Positions 13,125 to 22,615 of a DNA stretch of 29,706 nt are shown piece by piece (position 1 is the stretch's first letter; every line of letters starts with the position of its first letter). A program made the position numbers and the translations under genes. The DNA comes from a virus (Duplodnaviria; Caudoviricetes). Under the pieces are notes generated by a model. The model saw nothing but the letters and a program-made list of their open reading frames with translations. It ran no database searches and was not told the origin of the DNA. The stretch spans positions 1-29,706 of the IMG/VR virus record IMGVR_UViG_3300025808_000190, one strand, 5' to 3'.

Positions 13125-15562
13125 GCTACGCCAACTACGACGACGCCAGGGCGCAACTGCTCGCGCTCGGGCTGATCATCGACAAGCAGCTCGACACCAG
13201 CGGCCGCATCCAGCGCTGGCTGGTGGATGGTGAAGACCGCGAGAAGCGCGGGTGGTCGAAGCTGGGGGATTGGACATCACCGAAGGGCAACACCTATCTG
13301 GTCGGAGCGTTCGGCGTTTGGCACGGCAACGACGATGGCAAACAAAGGATCGAGTTGCCGAAAGATGACGGCACCGGCAACGGATTAAGCAAGGAGGATT
13401 TGGCCGCCATCAAAGCCAAGCAAGCGCTGCTCAACAAGCAGGTCGAGGCAGACCGCGCCGCAGAAGCCAAACGAGCCGCGCGTTGGGCTGCCAATGTGTG
13501 GGAGCACTGCGCACCGGCTACCGAGCACGAGTACCTGGCGCGCAAGCAGATCAAGCCGAACGGCGCGCGCATGCTGCAGTCACTGGAAGGCATGACGCTG
13601 ACCGGGCTGGATGAGGCGAACGAATACCGCATCAGCAGCGCGAAAGGCTCGCTGGTCATCCCCATGCACAACACGCACGCCGAAGTGTGCGGCCTGCAGT
13701 TCATCCTGCCAAAGGAACACCCGCGCCGCGTCAAGACCGGGCGCGACAAAGAGTTCTGGCCGAGTGGCATGGCCATGTCCGGCACCTTCGGCCTGATCGG
13801 TCACATCAAGCGCAACGGCATCCTGCTGTTTTGCGAGGGATTCGCCACCGGCGCCAGCCTGGCAGACGCCACCGGCCAGACCGTTGCATACGCATTCAGC
13901 GCCAACAACCTGATCAAGGCCGCCAAGGCGCTGCGCAAATCCTACCCCGCGCTGCGCATCCTCATCTGCGCCGATGACGACTACCTGACCGAAGGCAACC
14001 CCGGCTGCACCGCCGCCTCTCAAGCCGCCTCCGCAATCGATCTTTGCGCCTGGACGAAGCCGAACTTTCTCGCCGACGACGGCACAGATCCGCGCGACGG
14101 GAAGAAGCTCACCGACTACAACGACCTCGCCGTGATGACAGGGATTACCCTGACGCTGGCGAACCAGATCAACACAAAGCTCGACGAGCTGAAATGGAAC
14201 GAGCGCGCACCAGTAGTCGCGGGAGAAAATCCACAAGGGGGAGGGGATAAGCGCAAGCGCGCGCAATCCGTCATGCTGATGGACGACGCCATCAATCGCT
14301 TCATCCCGATCGACGACGGCACCGGCAAGACGCTGTTCGACACCTGGACGAACAAGCTCGCGCTCAAGGACGCCATGCTCTCCGTGCTGCCCGCCGGGGT
14401 GCGCTGGGACGACATCAAGCGCGACCCGATGTGGGTGCAGCGGGGCGCGTACTATCTTGATCAGGTCGGGTTCGACCCGTCCGGGAGCGACAAGAACTGC
14501 CTGCTCAACACCTGGCAAGGATGGCCGATCGAGCCAAAGCAAGGGCGCTGCGACATGCTGCTGGAAACCATCGAATACCTGTGCAGCGAAGAAGAGAATG
14601 GCAAGGAAGTATTCACCTGGATCATGCGGTGGATGGCCTACCCGCTGCAGCACCCGGGCGCCAAAATGTCCAGCGCCGTCATCATGCACGGCCCGCAGGG
14701 CACGGGTAAATCCACCGTCTTCCAAACGCTCGCCAAGATATACGGCAACTACGCCACCGTACTCAACCAGCGCGGCCTGGAAGACAAATTCAACAGCGAC
14801 TGGTCAGACTCCAAACTCTTCATCCTCGCCGAAGAAGTCGTCACACGCGCCGAGATGTGGCACATCAAGAACGAACTCAAAGAGCTCGTCACCGGCGAGT
14901 GGATACGCATAAACCCCAAGAACATCGCCGCCTATCGCCAGCGCAACCAACTCAACATCGTCTACCTCTCTAACGACGACCAGCCGCTGCCCATCGAAAA
15001 CGATGACCGCCGCCACCTCGTGGTCTGGACTCCGCCGCAGGTCGGCGAAGAATTCTACGATTCCCTTTATCTTGAGCTGGACAACGGCGGCGTGCAAGCC
15101 TTCTACCACCACCTGATGACACTCGATCTCGGCGACTTCCACCCCAAGAAGCGGCCGCCCATGACCGACGCCAAGCGCAAACTAATCACCCTCAGCAACA
15201 GCGGCGAGCGCGAATTCGTCGGTCAATACCTCGAAGGCGACACCGGATTCCCTGTCTGCCCGGTCGAGGTCAAAGACCTTTTCAAAGGGTACATGAGTTG
15301 GGTGCGCGAGACCAACGAACGCAACCCCAGATCGCTGCGCCAATTCGGCGGAATGATGACGCGCATGCCCGGATGGCAAAGAAAGCGAACGCAGATCTAC
15401 ATGCCAAACGGAAAACGTGAAGCGGCTTGGGTCTATATCCCGCCAGACGCCGCGCTCATCCAGCACAAAGCCACCATGCCGGGGGACGCCACCGAGACAA
15501 AGTGGATCTCTGACAGCATCCAAACCTTTCGCGACGCACTTAATGATCGGGCGAAACCATGA
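13121..15562 (+). CDS. Primase-helicase (Toprim + SF3/D5-like helicase, P4 alpha-like)
   Basis: CEGFATG, ICADDD, TDYNDL Toprim motifs; Walker A GPQGTGKS; ILAEEV; LSND; DDRR. Confidence 0.9.
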   Translation: MSYANYDDARAQLLALGLIIDKQLDTSGRIQRWLVDGEDREKRGWSKLGDWTSPKGNTYLVGAFGVWHGNDDGKQRIELPKDDGTGNGLSKEDLAAIKAKQALLNKQVEADRAAEAKRAARWAANVWEHCAPATEHEYLARKQIKPNGARMLQSLEGMTLTGLDEANEYRISSAKGSLVIPMHNTHAEVCGLQFILPKEHPRRVKTGRDKEFWPSGMAMSGTFGLIGHIKRNGILLFCEGFATGASLADATGQTVAYAFSANNLIKAAKALRKSYPALRILICADDDYLTEGNPGCTAASQAASAIDLCAWTKPNFLADDGTDPRDGKKLTDYNDLAVMTGITLTLANQINTKLDELKWNERAPVVAGENPQGGGDKRKRAQSVMLMDDAINRFIPIDDGTGKTLFDTWTNKLALKDAMLSVLPAGVRWDDIKRDPMWVQRGAYYLDQVGFDPSGSDKNCLLNTWQGWPIEPKQGRCDMLLETIEYLCSEEENGKEVFTWIMRWMAYPLQHPGAKMSSAVIMHGPQGTGKSTVFQTLAKIYGNYATVLNQRGLEDKFNSDWSDSKLFILAEEVVTRAEMWHIKNELKELVTGEWIRINPKNIAAYRQRNQLNIVYLSNDDQPLPIENDDRRHLVVWTPPQVGEEFYDSLYLELDNGGVQAFYHHLMTLDLGDFHPKKRPPMTDAKRKLITLSNSGEREFVGQYLEGDTGFPVCPVEVKDLFKGYMSWVRETNERNPRSLRQFGGMMTRMPGWQRKRTQIYMPNGKREAAWVYIPPDAALIQHKATMPGDATETKWISDSIQTFRDALNDRAKP

Positions 15563-15573
15563 CTTCGGCCCTA

Positions 15574-15830
15574 GTGTTCCGCAAGTGTTCCGCTTGTTCC
15601 GTAACTCCAAAAGCCACGCAAGCCAATAAGCGCGGGGGTGTTCTCTGTGTTCCGCTTGTTCCGTGGAAACGCGCCCGCGCGCGCGCATAAACAAAGCCGC
15701 AGAGTAAATAAATCACCTCTCTCACGCGTACATTTTTTCGCGGAACATACGGAACAAGCAGAACACCCCCGCCGCCATTGGTGTTCAGCGATTTTAACGA
15801 AGCGGAACAAGCGGAACACTTGCGGAACAC
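15574..15830. repeat. Putative replication origin with inverted TGTTCCG iterons
   Basis: Perfect 28-bp inverted repeat 15574-15601 / 15803-15830, nested IR 15632-15644 / 15760-15772, AT-rich centre. Confidence 0.7.
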
Positions 15831-15835
15831 CCATC

Positions 15836-16102
15836 ATGACCGAAAAAACCAAACCCATGCGCCAAGCCATGCCGCTCACCGCCGCCTGGATAGACCAGCT
15901 CCGCGAAGCCTTCGGCACCGAGAGCATCAACAACAGCATCCGCCTCGGCATGCAAGGCTTCCCAGACTGGTTTCACGCCACCGAAGGCGAACACGAAGTC
16001 GGCACCCCATTCAAACCCGTCACCAACAGCATCAGCCTGGCCGACATGGTCATCCGCACAAAAGCAGAACGCGAACAAGAATCGAAAAGGGGAATCAAAT
16101 GA
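15836..16102 (+). CDS. Hypothetical phage protein
   Basis: MRQAMPLTAAWIDQLREAFG...FHATEGEHEVGTPF; ATGA-coupled to the MTase. Confidence 0.7.
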   Translation: MTEKTKPMRQAMPLTAAWIDQLREAFGTESINNSIRLGMQGFPDWFHATEGEHEVGTPFKPVTNSISLADMVIRTKAEREQESKRGIK

Positions 16103-17475
16103 AAGTGCAAGACAAGATCGAAATGCTGGCCGTCACCGCGCTTGTGCCTTACGCCCGCAACAGCCGCACCCACTCAAAAGAGCAGATCGCCCAGATCGCG
16201 CGCAGCATTCAGGAGTTCGGCTTCACCAACCCGGTGCTGATTGACGGGCAGGGCGGCATTGTGGCTGGCCACGGGCGCGTTTTGGCCGCGCAAAGCATCG
16301 GGGTGGGGTCAGTACCATGCCTACGGGTCGATTGGCTGACAGAGGCCCAGAAAAAGGCCTACGTGATCGCGGACAACCAGCTCGCGCTGCAGGCGGGGTG
16401 GGATAACGACATCCTGTCTGCCGAAATCAAGGAGCTGCAGCAGGATGGATTCGCGCTGGACTTGCTCGGTTTCAGCAACGAGGACTTGGATTCCATGCTC
16501 GGCATCGCCGACGAAGTGTCAGGCAAAGACCCGGAAGATTGTCCACCCCCAGTGACCGACCCGGTCAGCGTGCTGGGTGACGTCTGGAATCTTGGGATGC
16601 ACCGCCTTATCTGCGGGGATTGCACCACGCCGACCGCGATGGCCGCGCTGATGGATAGCGAGATGGCAGACGTCTGCTGGACTGATCCGCCGTACAACGT
16701 CGCCTATGGAGACAAGGCAGAGTTCCTGAATAACGGAGACAACGGACGCACGCAGAGAAACACCTCGCGCATTCTCAACGACGACATGGATGACGCCAGC
16801 TTTGCACAGTTTCTCGGCGACTTCTACCGCGCCGCCTTCACTGTGATGAAGCCGGGAGCGGCCATCTACGTCGCCCACGCCGAGACCGAGCGCTCCAACT
16901 TCACCCGCGAAATGCTGAACAACGGATTCAAGCTGTCCGGCGTTGTGATCTGGCGCAAGAACACGCTAGTGCTCGGGCGGTCGGATTACCAGTGGATCCA
17001 CGAGCCGATCCTGTACGGATGGAAGATTGGCGGCGCGCACCGCTGGTTCGGAGGGCGTAAAAAAACCACCATCGAGCACATGGGCGATGGCTCACCGTTC
17101 GTCAAGCGTGCAGATGGAAAGTGGGAATTGCACCTGGGGGGGGGCATATTCGTGGTGGAGGGCAAGGCGGAAATCGAGGAGCTGCTGACCTCAGTGATCG
17201 TCGAGGACAAGCCAAGGCGCAACGACGTCCATCCAACCATGAAGCCGGTCGCGCTGATCGAGCGCATGCTGCGCAACAGCGCGCAGAGCGGGGACATCGT
17301 GCTGGATTGCTTCGGCGGCTCGGGTTCAACGCTCATGGCAGCGGAGCGCCTGCAAATGAAAGCGCGCCTGTCGGAGCTGTCGCCGAACTACGTCGACGTC
17401 ATCATCCGTCGCTGGCAGGAATACACCGGACAGCGCGCGATTCATGCGGTAACCGGCAAGCACTTCCCTGGGTGA
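16099..17475 (+). CDS. ParB-N domain fused to an N6A/N4C DNA methyltransferase
   Basis: PYARNSRTH, AGHGR, IADN; TDPPYN; HPTMKPV; DCFGGSGST. Confidence 0.92.
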   Translation: MKVQDKIEMLAVTALVPYARNSRTHSKEQIAQIARSIQEFGFTNPVLIDGQGGIVAGHGRVLAAQSIGVGSVPCLRVDWLTEAQKKAYVIADNQLALQAGWDNDILSAEIKELQQDGFALDLLGFSNEDLDSMLGIADEVSGKDPEDCPPPVTDPVSVLGDVWNLGMHRLICGDCTTPTAMAALMDSEMADVCWTDPPYNVAYGDKAEFLNNGDNGRTQRNTSRILNDDMDDASFAQFLGDFYRAAFTVMKPGAAIYVAHAETERSNFTREMLNNGFKLSGVVIWRKNTLVLGRSDYQWIHEPILYGWKIGGAHRWFGGRKKTTIEHMGDGSPFVKRADGKWELHLGGGIFVVEGKAEIEELLTSVIVEDKPRRNDVHPTMKPVALIERMLRNSAQSGDIVLDCFGGSGSTLMAAERLQMKARLSELSPNYVDVIIRRWQEYTGQRAIHAVTGKHFPG

Positions 17476-17483
17476 GCTAAACC

Positions 17484-17999
17484 ATGACCGCCGCCACCCA
17501 ATCAGAATTTGCCGCCATCCTAGGCAAGAACAAGTCCTACGTCACCCGCCTAAAGCAGGCCGGGCGGCTGGTGCTCACGGCGGATGGGTTAGTTGATGTG
17601 GAGAAAAGCCAGAACCTCATCGCCATGACCGCCGACCCCAGCCGCGCGGACGCGGTGGCAGCGCGCCAGCCCGAGGCATCCGCGCCGCCGCGCGCGCCGC
17701 AGAACGACGCGGTCGGCAACAGCTTCCAACAAGCCAAAGCGGTAAATGAAAAATACAAGGCGCTCACCGCCAAGCTGGAATACGAGCGCGCCAGCGGCAA
17801 GCTTGTCGATGCCGAAGAAGCCCGCCTGTTCGCCGCCGACCTGGCCGCCACGTTTCGCGGCTCGCTCGAAGTGTTGCCGGATCGTCTCGCGCCTGAGCTG
17901 GTGCCGCTCAACGACACCGAAGCCGTCCGCGCGGTGCTAGTGGAATCGTTCGAACAGGTGCTGACGGATATCGCGGACAAGATCGCGAAATGGGGATAG
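17484..17999 (+). CDS. terS: Terminase small subunit (Nu1-like)
   Basis: N-terminal wHTH (TQSEFAAILGKNKSYVTRL), AKLEYE..SGKLVD; directly upstream of TerL. Confidence 0.8.
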   Translation: MTAATQSEFAAILGKNKSYVTRLKQAGRLVLTADGLVDVEKSQNLIAMTADPSRADAVAARQPEASAPPRAPQNDAVGNSFQQAKAVNEKYKALTAKLEYERASGKLVDAEEARLFAADLAATFRGSLEVLPDRLAPELVPLNDTEAVRAVLVESFEQVLTDIADKIAKWG

Positions 18000-18006
18000 G
18001 CATAGC

Positions 18007-19977
18007 ATGCAAACCCTCTCCGCCCGCCACCTCATGTCCGCCGCCGCCGCCCGCGCGGTGCGCCCGCGAGGGCGGCTCACCGTCTCGCAGTGGGCGGACA
18101 ACCATCGCGTGTTGTCGAGCAAGGGCAGTGGTGAGGTGGGTCGCTGGCGCACGGCGCGCAACCCGATGCTGCGCGAGATCATGGATTGCCTGTCGTTGCA
18201 CTCGTCCGTGCGCGAGGTGTGGATCATGAAGTCGTCGCAGGTGGGCGTCACCGAGATGTCGGTGAACTGGCTGGGCTACACCATGGACTACGCGCCGGGC
18301 CCTGCGATGGTGCTCATGCCGACGCTGGAAGCGCGCGACACCTGGAAGGTGCAGAAGCTCAACCCGCTGCTGACCGATACGCCGTGCATCCGCGACATGC
18401 TGGGCGGGCTGCGCAGCCGCGATGCGGCACACAGCAAAGAACTGATCGACTTCCCGGGCGGCATCCTGTTCCTCGCCGGCGGCAACTCGCCCAACAGCTA
18501 CGCGCAAAAGTCCGTGCGCTGCCTGATGATGGATGATCTCGACCGCTTCCCCGCGCAGATCGGCGACGAAGGCGACCCGGTGGAGCTGGCGCGCTCGCGC
18601 GTGAAAGCCTTTGTGCGCCACAAGCTGCTGTTCGCCAGCACACCCACGCTTAAGGGTGCATCGCTGATCGAGCGCGGCTTTGAGGATGGCGACCAGCGCC
18701 GCTACCACGTCGCCTGCCCGCATTGCGGCGAGCGGCAGGTGCTGCAATGGAGCCACGTCAAAGCCAACATCACGCTGACCGCAGCCGAATACATCTGCGA
18801 GCAGGGCTGCATCATAGAAGAGCACCACAAGCCCGCCATGCTCGAAGGCGGCATCTGGATCCCGGAACACCCCGAGCGCCGCGTGCGCAGCTACCACATC
18901 AGCGCACTCTACGCGCCCATCGGCCTCGGCCCGTCCTGGCTCGATCTGGTGATCCACTTCAAGCGCATCCACAAAGAGCCGGTGCAGCTCAAGAGCTTCA
19001 TCAACCAAAACCTCGGCGAAGCGTGGGAAGACCAATCCGAAAAGCTCAAGACGCACGAGCTGGCCACGCGCGCGGGCGAATACCAGCAAGGCATCATCCC
19101 GCCCGGCGTGCTGGCCCTCACCGTCGGCATCGACACTCAAGACAAATGGCTAGCCATCACCCTGCTGGGCTGGGGCGCACCCGCCGAAGAACACGGCCCC
19201 GCGCGCCTGTGGGTGATCGACTTCACCGAGATACAGGGCGACACCACCGGTGCAGACGTGTGGAACGAACTGGAAGCCTTCCTGCACCGCCCGCTGGTCA
19301 ACAGCTACGGCAAAGAAATGAAGATACGCGCCGCCGGAATAGACAGCCGGGGACACCGCACTGAAGAGGTGAAAAACTTCGTCATGCGCCCCAGCCTGCG
19401 CATCCCCGTCTATTCCGTGCAGGGCGCCACCAACCGCATCGGTCGCGCCATTGCCCAAAGCGGCAGCAGCCCCACCAAAACCCGCACCGGCAAAGTCATC
19501 CGCCACGGCTACATGGTGTGGAACGTCGGCACCGAACACTGCAAGGACTTCATCTTCGCCCACCTCGCCGCCGACGGAGAACGCCAACAGACCGAGCGCA
19601 CCTTCAACTTCCCACAAAGGCTGGAAGACACCTACTACGACGGTCTGCTCTCTGAAGTGTACGACCCCGAGAAAAAACGCTACATCCCCCGCATCGGCGC
19701 GCGCTTCAAACGCAACGAACCGCTCGACACCCTGGTGTACGCCTGGGCCATCGGCCAGCACCGCGACATCAACATCGGGCGCGGCCGGACGGGCAGACCT
19801 GATCCGAAGTATTGGGAGCGCATGCGGGTGACGCTGGAAGGGGAATGCGCCGTGGTCAAGGTTGAGCCGGAACAAACGCTGGATCAAGCCGTCGCCAAAG
19901 CGCCGCCTGATGCCGAAGAAGACCGCATCACCCCGCGCGCACGTCGCCGCCGTGGTGGCTTCGTCAAGGGGTGGTGA
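18007..19977 (+). CDS. terL: Terminase large subunit, lambda gpA family
   Basis: KSSQVGVTE, MMDDLDRF, ASTPT, CPHC, GIDTQ, IDSRG, RNEPLD. Confidence 0.95.
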   Translation: MQTLSARHLMSAAAARAVRPRGRLTVSQWADNHRVLSSKGSGEVGRWRTARNPMLREIMDCLSLHSSVREVWIMKSSQVGVTEMSVNWLGYTMDYAPGPAMVLMPTLEARDTWKVQKLNPLLTDTPCIRDMLGGLRSRDAAHSKELIDFPGGILFLAGGNSPNSYAQKSVRCLMMDDLDRFPAQIGDEGDPVELARSRVKAFVRHKLLFASTPTLKGASLIERGFEDGDQRRYHVACPHCGERQVLQWSHVKANITLTAAEYICEQGCIIEEHHKPAMLEGGIWIPEHPERRVRSYHISALYAPIGLGPSWLDLVIHFKRIHKEPVQLKSFINQNLGEAWEDQSEKLKTHELATRAGEYQQGIIPPGVLALTVGIDTQDKWLAITLLGWGAPAEEHGPARLWVIDFTEIQGDTTGADVWNELEAFLHRPLVNSYGKEMKIRAAGIDSRGHRTEEVKNFVMRPSLRIPVYSVQGATNRIGRAIAQSGSSPTKTRTGKVIRHGYMVWNVGTEHCKDFIFAHLAADGERQQTERTFNFPQRLEDTYYDGLLSEVYDPEKKRYIPRIGARFKRNEPLDTLVYAWAIGQHRDINIGRGRTGRPDPKYWERMRVTLEGECAVVKVEPEQTLDQAVAKAPPDAEEDRITPRARRRRGGFVKGW

Positions 19978-20256
19978 GTGGCAGACGACATCGTCCGCGA
20001 CATTCTCAGCAGGGTCGTGCAGGCCGTGCAGAGCAATGGGCGGTTCGATGATGTATTGGCGGCGAAGATCGAGGTGCAGGTGCGGGCAGACTGGGGGGGA
20101 GACAACCCATACATCGCCCACGGCAAAGAAGCGCGCATCACCGAACGCAACGAAAAGATACAAGCGGTGTGGGATAGCGGCAACCACGACGTCAGGATGC
20201 TGGCGACCCGGTTTGGGTTATCAACGAAACAGATCCGGCGCATCGTCGGGATATAG
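19978..20256 (+). CDS. Mor/C-family transcription activator (likely late activator)
   Basis: DWGGDNPYIA, ERNEKI, HTH LATRFGLSTKQIRRIV. Confidence 0.75.
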   Translation: MADDIVRDILSRVVQAVQSNGRFDDVLAAKIEVQVRADWGGDNPYIAHGKEARITERNEKIQAVWDSGNHDVRMLATRFGLSTKQIRRIVGI

Positions 20257-20265
20257 GAGAAGGTG

Positions 20266-20454
20266 ATGGACGACATAGATCGCGGATGCGAGCGCGAGCA
20301 GATGGACAATGCCAGTGCAGTTGAGGCAGCAAGGCGCGAGGCAGCCAAGATGCCGGCCGGAAACGCAGGCACCTGCTACTCCTGTGGAGAAAAAAGCCAG
20401 CGACTGGTGCAAGGCGCATGCGCACCGTGCCGTGATAAGTACGGCCTTCCGTAG
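20266..20454 (+). CDS. TraR/DksA C4 zinc-finger protein
   Basis: MDDIDRGCEREQ, CYSCGE...CAPC; AGGAG SD. Confidence 0.75.
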   Translation: MDDIDRGCEREQMDNASAVEAARREAAKMPAGNAGTCYSCGEKSQRLVQGACAPCRDKYGLP

Positions 20455-20468
20455 GCCAGCAAAGATAG

Positions 20469-20498
20469 TTGGACATCGCTCCCCTGAACGATGTCCAA
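20469..20498 (+). promoter_or_regulatory. Candidate late-promoter activator site, copy 1
   Basis: TTGGACATCG-N10-CGATGTCCAA inverted repeat; 26/27 identical to 22567-22593. Confidence 0.65.
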
Positions 20499-20520
20499 GC
20501 AGTCGGACATGCTGTGTACC

Positions 20521-21084
20521 ATGTCCATCGAAATCCCTACCATTGAGCCGTCCAAAGTCCGGGCGGGTGACACTATCACCTGGCTGAAGTCTCTGGCGCT
20601 ATACCCTGCCAGCAGCTGGACGCTCTACTACCGCCTCATCAATGCCACCGCCAAGATCGACATCACCGCCAGCGCGGATGGTGATGCGCATCTGGTCAGC
20701 GTGCCCATCGCCACCTCAGACGATTGGGTTGCCGGTGATTACACCTATGTTGCCTGGGTAACGGACGGCACCGACCGCGTCACCGTGGCGCAAGGCCGAA
20801 TGACCGTGCTGCCGAATCTGGCAGCCATCACCTCAGCCGGTTACGACTCGCGCACCCAAGCCAATAAGATGCTGGACGCTATCGACGCAGCAATCTTGTC
20901 GCTCTCCAGCGGCGAGCGGCTGGCCGTGGTCGAGGCCGAGATCGCCGGGCGTCGCTTCAAGTACGACTTCACCGGCCTGATGAAGCTGCGCAATCTTTAC
21001 GCCGCCCAAGTGCGCGCCGAAGAAAACGCCGAGCGCGCCACGCTTGGGCTGGGCTCCCGCAATAAACTCAACGTGAGGTTCTGA
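20521..21084 (+). CDS. Head completion / head-tail adaptor protein
   Basis: EP..VRAGDTITW, DSRTQA.KMLDAID, EIAGRR; sits between terL and portal. Confidence 0.7.
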   Translation: MSIEIPTIEPSKVRAGDTITWLKSLALYPASSWTLYYRLINATAKIDITASADGDAHLVSVPIATSDDWVAGDYTYVAWVTDGTDRVTVAQGRMTVLPNLAAITSAGYDSRTQANKMLDAIDAAILSLSSGERLAVVEAEIAGRRFKYDFTGLMKLRNLYAAQVRAEENAERATLGLGSRNKLNVRF

Positions 21085-22583
21085 TGCGAGTGCCCCATTG
21101 GCTGTCGCGGCTGCTGCCCGCCAAACAACACAGCAAGCGCCGCTTCGACGCTGCGCAATACAACCGCCTCACCCATTCCTGGGCAGAATCAGACCGCAGC
21201 ATCAACACCGAACTGCGCGCCGATCTGGATGCCCTGCGCCGCCGCTCGCGCGACCTGGCAAAGAACGAACCGCTGGCGCAGAAGTACATGGAGATGGTCA
21301 CCACCAACGTGGTCGGCTCCAACGGATTCACGCTGCAAGCGCGCGTCTCCGACGGCAAAGCGCAAGACGGCCTCGCTAACACCGCCATCGAGATCGCATG
21401 GCTGGACTGGTCGCGCGCGACCAATTGCGACGTCTCTGGCCGAATGTCATTCCCAGACATGACCCGCACCATCATCCGTGGTGTTGCACGCGACGGCGAA
21501 GCGCTGGTGCGCATCCGCGAAGGCGCGAAAAACAAATACGGCTATGCGCTCCAATTCCTCGACATCGAGCGGCTGGACACCACACTCAACCGCGAGCAGA
21601 CGCCCGGCGTCAACCAGATCATTATGGGCGTTGAAATGGATGGCGACGGCCGCCCAGTGGCCTACTGGCTGCTGACTGCTCCGTTGGGGCGCGACCCTGT
21701 CGGAAAGAAGCACGCCCGGATCCCCGCCGGCGAGATCATCCATCTCTTTATCACCGACGATCCAGAGCAAGTGCGCGGCATCCCCTGGATGCACGCCAGC
21801 ATGATCCGCATCCATCACCTCAAAGGCTTTCAGGAAGCCGCCATCATCGCTGCCCGCGTGGGTGCCAGCAAGATGGGCTTCTTCACCAGCAAGGACGGTT
21901 CCACAAGTGGTCTGCAGGATGGTGAAGACGAAGCGGGCATCCCCTTCACTGAGGCCGAGCCGGGCCAATTTGGCATGCTGCCGGAAGGCTACGGCTTCGA
22001 GTCCTTCAACCCAGACTATCCGCACGCCAACTATGAATCCTTCGTCAAGGGTGCCAAGCGTGACATCGGCAGTGGCTTCGGCGCGGCCTACCACTCGCTG
22101 GCCAACGACCTCGAAGGCGTCAACTTCAGCAGCATCCGCAGCGGCACTCTGGAAGAGCGCGACAACTGGATGCTGATCCAGCGCTGGCTGGCGGGCGCAT
22201 TGCTGGAAACGGTCTATGCCGGGTGGATGGATAACGCGCTGCTCTCCGGCGCGATCCTGCTGCCGAACGGCTCCGCGCTACCCGCCGCTAAGCGCCAGAA
22301 GTTCATGGCGCATGAATTCCAAGGTCGCCGCTGGCAATGGGTGGACCCGCTCAAGGACATCAATGCCTCCGTCATCGCCATCGAGAACGGCCTCGCCAGC
22401 CCCTACACCATCGCCAGCCAGCAAGGGCTGGATGCCGAGGACGTGCTGGACGACATCGCGCGCTTTCAGGCCGCGATCAAGGCGCGCGGCATCAAGTTGG
22501 GCGGCAACGGCCCTGCAGCGAATGTACCCGCCGAGCCCGAGACAGAGCCTACCAAAAAGAAAAGCGGGACACCGCTCCCCTGA
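21084..22583 (+). CDS. Portal protein, lambda family
   Basis: LRRRSRDL, QVRGIPW, DLEGVNFSSIRSG, WQWVDPLKD. Confidence 0.95.
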   Translation: MRVPHWLSRLLPAKQHSKRRFDAAQYNRLTHSWAESDRSINTELRADLDALRRRSRDLAKNEPLAQKYMEMVTTNVVGSNGFTLQARVSDGKAQDGLANTAIEIAWLDWSRATNCDVSGRMSFPDMTRTIIRGVARDGEALVRIREGAKNKYGYALQFLDIERLDTTLNREQTPGVNQIIMGVEMDGDGRPVAYWLLTAPLGRDPVGKKHARIPAGEIIHLFITDDPEQVRGIPWMHASMIRIHHLKGFQEAAIIAARVGASKMGFFTSKDGSTSGLQDGEDEAGIPFTEAEPGQFGMLPEGYGFESFNPDYPHANYESFVKGAKRDIGSGFGAAYHSLANDLEGVNFSSIRSGTLEERDNWMLIQRWLAGALLETVYAGWMDNALLSGAILLPNGSALPAAKRQKFMAHEFQGRRWQWVDPLKDINASVIAIENGLASPYTIASQQGLDAEDVLDDIARFQAAIKARGIKLGGNGPAANVPAEPETEPTKKKSGTPLP

Positions 22584-22593
22584 ACGATGTCCA
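22567..22593 (+). promoter_or_regulatory. Candidate late-promoter activator site, copy 2
   Basis: GGACACCGCTCCCCTGAACGATGTCCA, about 23 nt upstream of the capsid ATG. Confidence 0.65.
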
Positions 22594-22615
22594 GACCATT
22601 TGCGAGGATGCAGCC

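Noticed and set aside
15574-15830. CRISPR array or MITE
   Set aside because: Repeats are short, inverted and lack unique spacers or a target duplication; an origin fits better.
15778-16098. N-terminal extension of the MTase ORF
   Set aside because: Overlaps the origin and the 15836-16102 gene; ParB domain starts at ATG 16099.
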